From contig NW_002060949.1 of the NCBI RefSeq assembly GCF_000150275.1, forward strand, positions 519,861 through 583,860: a stretch of 64,000 nt of DNA, in the 5' to 3' direction. Positions 53,906 to 64,000 of this stretch are shown in pieces. The notes under the pieces were generated by a model, which did no database searches, was not told the DNA's origin, and was given only the letters and a program-made list of their open reading frames with translations. Source of the stretch: Trichoplax adhaerens (lineage: Eukaryota; Animalia; Placozoa). The position numbers and the translations under genes are program-made. Every line of letters begins with the position of its first letter. The stretch's first letter is position 1.

Positions 53906-54279
53906 TAAGGGAATTTATTTATCAATCATTAATTAACTAATTATATTATAATAATAATTAGTATCAACAAAAGTTAGTGTATAGCATTCCATACGGTAGA
54001 CGTTAAAAATTGTACAATTACAGTATACGTACATTCTTTACAGGAGAAAAAATATTCACGTCTCATTACTCATGTATAATTAGATATTATCTTATCTGAT
54101 AAAATGACTATGTAAATGTTATAAAAAATATAATGTACAAAGTACGTTAGTATCTTGATTAAAATTTTCTCGCGATCGCAAGCTAATGCTATTGTAGTTG
54201 AGTAATTTTAAACTTAGCTAAGTACTATATCAATAGCCAATGTTCATCATGATTACGACAGCGCCTACACAATGAGAGC

Positions 54280-57200
54280 TTATCGTACTACTTTAGATTG
54301 AACGTCCTTTGCATAATTCGTTCCATGCAATCCACGGCATTTCAGTGCAAATTCCTCTGCCTGCTCTTGTAGCCATCTTTTACGAGCTCTAGATCTAGAT
54401 TAATTGTAAAAACCATGTTATCTACACTCACAGGCTTGATACTTAATCTGTATATGTGTTATAAAATAGCGTACAAATAACCTCAGAACAGCGTTTTGAA
54501 AAGCTTGTTTGTCAACATGACTTAGACCCGCACATGGAAATATGTCTTCCATAAACAACTCCTAATTTTCATTGGTGTTACAGGGTTGGCATCAAAAAAT
54601 TAATGCTAGAATAGTTATTATTTATTTACTAAAGATCTTTTATACTTAACCTTAATCCATCTTGCAAGACATGTAATACAATTCTTATTTAATTCTATCA
54701 ACACGTCGATTAGGGGTCTTAAAGAGACACGAGGTAACTCACCAGCAATACCCTAACAAGACACAATATATTTTCAAATTACAATTAATTTTCAAACCTT
54801 AGAAATAACATGTAAAAGAGATAAAAATTCTTTATACCAAAATTATCTTTGAAACTATCAATTTCCCATACAATTCTACTGATCTCCTAGCCTCCTCACT
54901 ACTTGTAACTTTAGCAACAAATTCAACCTATTCATTAATAAAAGTCAATCACAAGTCAAAATTATCAACTAATATTCATTAAAAGCAATCGACAAATTTA
55001 CTCAGATTACCAAAAAACGTGAGTTACTCTTGATTATATAGCTTTCCTTAAATACCATCGATGCTAAACCTAAAGTTTGAAGATTGAGTTTAGATAAGTA
55101 CCACAAAGATAATAGATCTAGCAGGAAATTCGCAAATATGCTACCGCTGACGGTGGAATTGTAAATTGAGCATAAATAATATAATCTGACAGCTTACCGA
55201 AAGGGAGTAACTTGTCGTATACACTAGCATTAGAAAAAACTATTCTGCTACTAGACTTGACGGCCTTCAAGCCATGGACAAGCAACATATTAAAAATTTT
55301 AATTAAAAAGTTTTTGTCAATGATAACAATGGAGTATAATTTACAGACACTGTCGCGCTCAACAAAAGTAAAAACCCTTAATTTACTGCATTCATGTTAC
55401 TTCACATACAAATACCTTTTCATTGAATATGAGAAAAGCATTTACAAGATCAGGGGCACTATTCGATCCTAATAAAGTTTCAAAAAAATACCAACAACGT
55501 CAAATACAATTCATAAATTCTGCAAACTCTTTCATGAAGTGATATTGAGACCTGTTTCTAGCAGTTGTAGCGTCCCCAAAGTTAATGTATAATATAAATG
55601 AGCTACGGTCTGTAGGGTACTCTCGTCGTCACCAAATAGCATCATTATCTAGACGAAGAAATATACAGTATCAGTAATTGCGACTTATACATAACTTTTA
55701 TTGATAACTTGATGATTTTCATAATTAAATTTATATTTAGTAAAGATATTACACAAACAGCAAAGGTGCAATAAGAAGAATTAATTATTTTAATTTTAAG
55801 AGCTAAGTTCATCACCTGCTTCGCGCAATTTAAAAAGCATGGACGAGGACCAGTCTTGTACCACTGGAGTAAAAAATCAACTAACGCTGGTAGTAAGTTT
55901 GCTGCTGCCGTGTGGAGATTGCCGATCATTCTAATCATACATTCCATCACCGCCTATTGTTTAGGATACTGTAGAAGTTAGTTTGAAGCTAGGACAGAGT
56001 AATTGATACAAAGCAACTTGTACGATGTAACATATGCTTACTTCAGTAACTTGTTCGTCATGAATCCATTTCAATAAAATTTCGTTAAATGTTCTTAATG
56101 CTATTTCACTCGATGAGAGGAGCTAAATCATAAGTGATGAAATCGTTAGCAAAGTTGCAGCATAAGCAGTAAGACATATTGCTTTCATCTACTGGCTTAC
56201 AGGGCTAGGCTGAATTTCGCTAGGGAGGTTAGCAGTCAAAAAAAACGCTTTCAAACATTTCAATTGTAATATAATTTCATATCTTGACGATGGAGTTTCC
56301 TTTAGAATAAAATACAGTTTAACTTGCATGACGACTATCAAACTAATAATTAGAATAATAGCTAAATTAAACACCCAACTTACTGGCTTTTGTATGATAT
56401 TAATAACTCCTTCAATTAATTGTCGGGATAAATGACTACTTGCATTTTCCATACTATTTTTATCCATAACAGGAATTATGGAACCCATGCTTTCTACTAA
56501 TGGAATGCGTTGATTTGGCTATCGATATTTAAGATTAACGGAATTGAAAAGAGTCCCATTTAATATAAAATTTACTAGTAAACAGTGGGTTTAGAGTAAT
56601 TACCATCAGGTATGATCCGGAAAGAACTTCCTGACAGGCATTAAAAATTTCTGTAGCTGACGTTTTTAATTCTTCTCCGCAATCTACACAAATATCTCTC
56701 AACGCAATGGCAGCAGCATAAACTAACTTAGGCTCTTTGAGGCTCCATAATATGCGTGGCATGATTGCCATGAGGATCTCATGATCGTACTTTAAGTAAT
56801 CACAATAAGAACCTACAATGGGCAAGATAGTAGTATATATCTACATAAAAGGCACTACAAAAGCGGAATTATAGCCAAGGTTTTGGAATTATTAGCACTA
56901 TTTACCAATTACTTTCAGCGCCATTACACCAACTTTCTCATGAGAAGGCAATTGTGGAAGTATTCGAAAGAAGTTACGAATGTACTTGGAATCGCTCGAG
57001 CTAACAGAATCGGAGATTGCTCGTACAAGATATAAATAAACCTCAAAAGTCTATCAAAAAAGGATAACATTAACAATGAATTATTTACGTCGTATCATTA
57101 CTATAGATTTTCATCATTAATAGTAACGCACAATACCTGCCAATCAGACGATTGGATATTTGAGGTCAAATTTGAGAGATCTTCGCAATAGTATTTTAAA

Positions 57201-60200
57201 CATTCCGATTGCAAAAATCGATTTGTAAGCATCTAATATTGCAAGTAAAAAAGCCATGCATAAGGAATGATGATATTTGCGTAATCCTCGATATGGCATA
57301 GTAAGAGAAAACGTACAATTGTTTCACCGACATCATGACGATAAATTTCAAATTGTTCTCTATCATCTATAGTTAAGAAATATTTTGATTGCAAAAGGAT
57401 CAGTTATCAAATTTTTTATGATTTCTACTTTACGAATAAAAACATAGCAATTCTGATCACCTGCACTCCACGTTTGTAGTATCTCATTTGATGGATATTT
57501 AATTTTTAAAGTAAGAGCCTATCAATACTGCTATATTAGTAAAAATTATTGGAATAGCAGATATTAAAATAAAGTCATACCTTCATTAAAGAAATATACA
57601 TCGGCTTATAATCTTCGTAGCATGCAGCTAATTGCTTACGAGATAATTCGGTATTAGCAGTTTCTAGGCATTCTATCTCAGTCTGCAACAGTGATAAATA
57701 ATAAATAAGAAAAAATAGCCAGAATTATATTTCCTATGCAAAATGCTTACCTGCAATGAGTACCAAAATTCAAAAGTCAATCTGCTACAAGTTTCATCCA
57801 TAGGATAGTAGCCATTTGTAGAGGCGAAATTCTAATTAAATGCAAGTATAACATTATCGGGTAATACTATACATGTAAAACAGTTGCGTAAAATACTTAG
57901 ATATACATCTAATTTGCTACAAATTGCCCATCAGGACATATTTAGTACCAGTATCATTGAAGCCAACTCATTAGCTAGTTTCCTATGATCATGATTTTCA
58001 AATTTGACGAAATATTTGCTATGGCATTCAGATGATGATACTACTAAATTGCAGATATCACCGCATTCATCCTGAAACAAAAAATCATAAACAATTAACC
58101 TATTGCCCTATAGCTATTTATGACAAGTTTATACATAATTGAAAGGTAGTAACATACAATAGATTCGTTACGTATCGTTTCTTCTATCAATGGTGTTAAT
58201 TTCGTCAATAGCTTCAAAAATCGATAAAGAGACGAAGGATATCTAATATGATACACAGTATAAAGGCATCAAAACAGCTTCAAGGAATCATCATTTATAC
58301 GCTTATATCTTACCGCGTTGATTCTCCGGAAGTTCCAATTTCCATTAAAGCACTAATAGCTGATTCAAACAGTTCCTCATCACGTAATAGATCAAATAAA
58401 GTAGGTATAAGACCGTCTAATAAATTAATGGTAAGGCCAAAAGAGGTCCAACTAGCCAGACATTTTAATGCCTATCGAATTCGAATAAATGATATCCAAG
58501 GAATAACGAATTAAGGTAATTGCCATCGAAGTGTAATAATTAACTATTTATCAATGAATCGCCATTAATTTACTTGTATTTTCAGTTGATTAGGCTTATT
58601 AGTTTCAAGCGAAGATTGAATTATTGATACGACTATAAACCCAAAATAATTTTATCAAATCTATATTAAGATACATGTAAAATGTATGATAGTGTGAAAG
58701 TTTTTTTAAATTTTTGACTCACCATCAGCATAATTTGATTCTAATACGTGCCGGACACTCGCTCGATCAATATTGACTAATCCAGATTTATCGAACTACA
58801 GTCGGTTGTGAAAGGTATCAAACTTAAATAATTTACATTTTCAATTCCTTACTTCATCACTTCCAAGCGTATCAAAAAGACTGAATAGACGTTATACAGC
58901 ATCTACAGTATATACTCAGTATATTACATCCGTACATAAATCAGTGTAAGTATTAAATAATTGTGAATATTATCTAATAGATTATGCTGTCCATCGTACC
59001 ATACTAGTAATTTCGGAAATAATCTCGATGAATACCGCTTGAAAGTTGATTTGCTAAAAAATGAATCATTAGCAGAATTCCTTATGTTATCTGCTTAATA
59101 GTAGCGATTACAGCATAAATAAATGCATCATAATAATACTGGTAGCTAATCCAATTACGCTCTAATACCCTATTAGAGTCAGTTAGTGCAGTACCTGAGA
59201 CGAAAATAGAATTAGATCATTAATAGGCTGTGCCCAGTGATTCGGTGTAATTCTTAGAGTGAGAATTGCTAACTATAATTATATTAATTTGTTCGTATAT
59301 CAGCAGCGATCACATAAGTTAATTAGTAACATTCATAAATAACATAGCAGCTAAAAAATGCAAAGATTTATAACTACTATAGCGAACCGCGCTACATAAT
59401 TGACACCGGACAAACGGAGGACCAATTGCAAAACGAATTATAAATTGAATAATTTGATCACGTAGTGGTATGTATTGATCAGCAGGTAGTTCAGACCTAT
59501 ACCAAGTAACAGCCATCATACGTTGAGAAAATTGAACGTTATAGCTAGATTAAGTCATATACAGTATTTGCATCAGCTACTGCATTACTTTTGAATGGAA
59601 ACTGTATGTCAGTTTACAAGCTGCTGGATTGCAGCTAATTAATCGATATTAAACTATAAACTATACATCGTATAGCAACCAGCTTGTACAGCAAATAGAT
59701 TTGGTACATGTATTGCAATAAGCAGAATGTATTTGCGATGGATTTGTAAAAATTGGTAGCTTCACAAAAACTATCAACTAGTTCTCCTAAGACGAATAAT
59801 TTATTTCTGATTAAAGTGATCTCAACATGGTGCAATAGCATATTATAAACCCTGCAATGAACTCTTTCTTACCAACATGTGGAAATTTTAGTTTTGATCG
59901 TACACGCTCCGAAAAATTGGATTGGTGGAGCCTATGAACGAGTGAGAATGATAAAAAATGATAGCATACTGTAAGATCGATGAGTATACGTATATCCACT
60001 CACATCTGTGTACTTGAGGGAGAATAAGATTACCAGTTAGAAAGATACGCGTAATCAAATAGGATACAGAAATACAGTAAACGTATTCAATTAGTGTAAT
60101 TATCTCTGAGCAGTGATTGACCTCAGCTCCATTCTAAGATCGCTTTGTGAGCCTAATATTAACTCAAGTGCTAACCGAAATTACATCCTCAGCAACGGTA

Positions 60201-60929
60201 TTTACCAATGTATCATTAGACTCATTAGCACAAATACTGTGCACATATATTAGTGAAAATGATGTAGGCTCGTAGATTACAGCAATAATAACCGAAAATA
60301 ACTACAATTAGTCAATTTTAATTATGGCAGATTATCAATCTATAATATGGCCGACCATCTTTTTCTCAGAGGCAAATGTTTTGCAAAAATTTAGCTATCT
60401 CAATAATTATTGTATGCATTACTGCATAACATGATACTCTGTATAAATTGCTATCATCACCACTTCATGTTTACAGTACAGGATCTGCAATGCAGTAGTC
60501 TACATATCGTAGAATTAGTAGACTGAGCAATTGCACAGTCACAGTGTGCTTCTTGTACTGTTTGAAGAATATAGAAAGCGTCTAATTAATACTATTGCAA
60601 CAGTGATCCAATAATTAAAACATAATTATTCCAATGTCCACCTTATCTTCTGCCATCAGAGGCCAACAAAATTGCCATGCATCAAGAGAAGTTTGCATGC
60701 CAGTTAGCCACTCTTGGAGTTGGTGGATCGTTTGCGGGTCATTGACGCTATATAGTTGTTGTAGTGCCTAAATGTAGTAGAGAAAAAGCAAATTGAACTC
60801 TCTGTCTTCTCTCTCTCTACTCCTATCTACAGTTTGAGCTATAATCAATCTATACTTTTCACTATCTACTGTGTACGTTTATTAAACGTAAAGTACCTCC
60901 TCAATTTTGCTTGTGTTTGCCATTTCCAT
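54280..60929 (-). CDS. IPO13: Importin-13, multi-exon
   Basis: MEMANTSKIEE|ALQQLYSVNDP...LQEWL...AWQFCWPLM, IQFFGACTIKTKIS, GYYPMDETCSRLTFEFWYSLQ, FEIYRHDVGET, and C-terminus EEFALKCRGLHGTNYA, which matches IPO13 EFTLLCRGLHGTDY. Stop at 54282-54280. Confidence 0.93.
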
Positions 60930-61004
60930 TCAATTTCTTAGCAGAATGCCTGGATAACACCAGTAGAGTTAAGCTCTAATCGAGCTAGTATAAACAGTTG
61001 ACGA

Positions 61005-61320
61005 TGTACCTACAGTACACAAGGTCTGCAAAACACAGTAGAATGTTTTTACTATAAAAAGACTGGAACTAAAGTAGTGCCTAAGATACTTGAGTGTAAT
61101 ACTAACAAAGCTCTACAGTACAGTAACTATTCTCTACTGAACAGTGTCCGGCGCAAAAATTGCACATACGGATTTCGAATTTGATGACGTAACGGCGGCC
61201 TTCAGCCATAAACCTTGGACAGGAAGGATGGACGACTGTACTATACTGTACTCATGGTTTACAGTACTGTACTGTACAGTACGTATCGTGGACTGTGAGT
61301 ACTGTACACTGTACAGTTTC
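61005..61320. repeat. TACAG/CTGTA pentamer array in the divergent IPO13-ARMH1 region
   Basis: acagtactgtactgtacagtac at 61261 and agtactgtacactgtacag near 61298. A CRE-like TGACGTAA lies at 61185-61192. Confidence 0.88.
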
Positions 61321-61781
61321 AAGATATTAATAAGAGCACTTCGTTACTATGGCAATATGCCATGATCAATGTTTTTAACTGTAACTTCAACTCAAAATAT
61401 TCCATCAATCTTGGAATAAATCTATCCATCATCTGGCCTATCAGACAGTGCTTATATCAGTAAATTAGTAAATTTATAAACCACAATAGTAGCCTACGAT
61501 CTTGCACTTTCAACAAACAAATCTCTTCTATCGTTATATTGGACTAGAACTACAGTCATTGGCAATATTATTCAACTTAGACAGGTATTTCGCTGTAGAG
61601 CTCGCACTAGATTAAATGCGGTAGTAATATCCTACTTACTACTAATCAAACGTACACGAATTACTATATTAGAGATAATAACTTTTATGCTACAGTTTAA
61701 CGTTCATTAAAATAAAATTAATTATTATACGAATATTTATAAATGCGTAATATCCATACTGTAGTATTACACCAGAGAAAC

Positions 61782-64000
<2,219 letters not shown>

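Overview
AT-rich, gene-dense animal genomic DNA with many short GT-AG introns. The compactness, intron style and divergent DEG/ENaC gene suggest a placozoan (Trichoplax-like), which is an inference. Exons were spliced by hand. Genes from left to right: GAK (minus, runs off the left edge), a typical 2-Cys peroxiredoxin with no coding intron (plus), an unidentified multi-exon gene with an in-frame stop (minus), AP1M1 (plus), a DEG/ENaC channel (minus), NIPBL (minus), HMGCS (plus), MYSM1 (minus), IPO13 (minus) and ARMH1/C1orf228 (plus, runs off the right edge). The most striking non-coding signal is dense arrays of the pentamer TACAG/CTGTA that keep flipping strand into palindromes. They sit at all five 5' regions serving the broadly conserved genes (four are bidirectional), and are missing upstream of the DEG/ENaC gene and between convergent 3' ends. 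Other signals include several U12-type intron candidates (one possibly AT-AC), SREBP-type elements at HMGCS, paired loss of a thumb disulfide in the channel, a possible non-AUG mitochondrial extension on the peroxiredoxin, and an isolated G-quadruplex motif. Most short ORFs in the track are exon fragments, antisense shadows or translations of the repeat.
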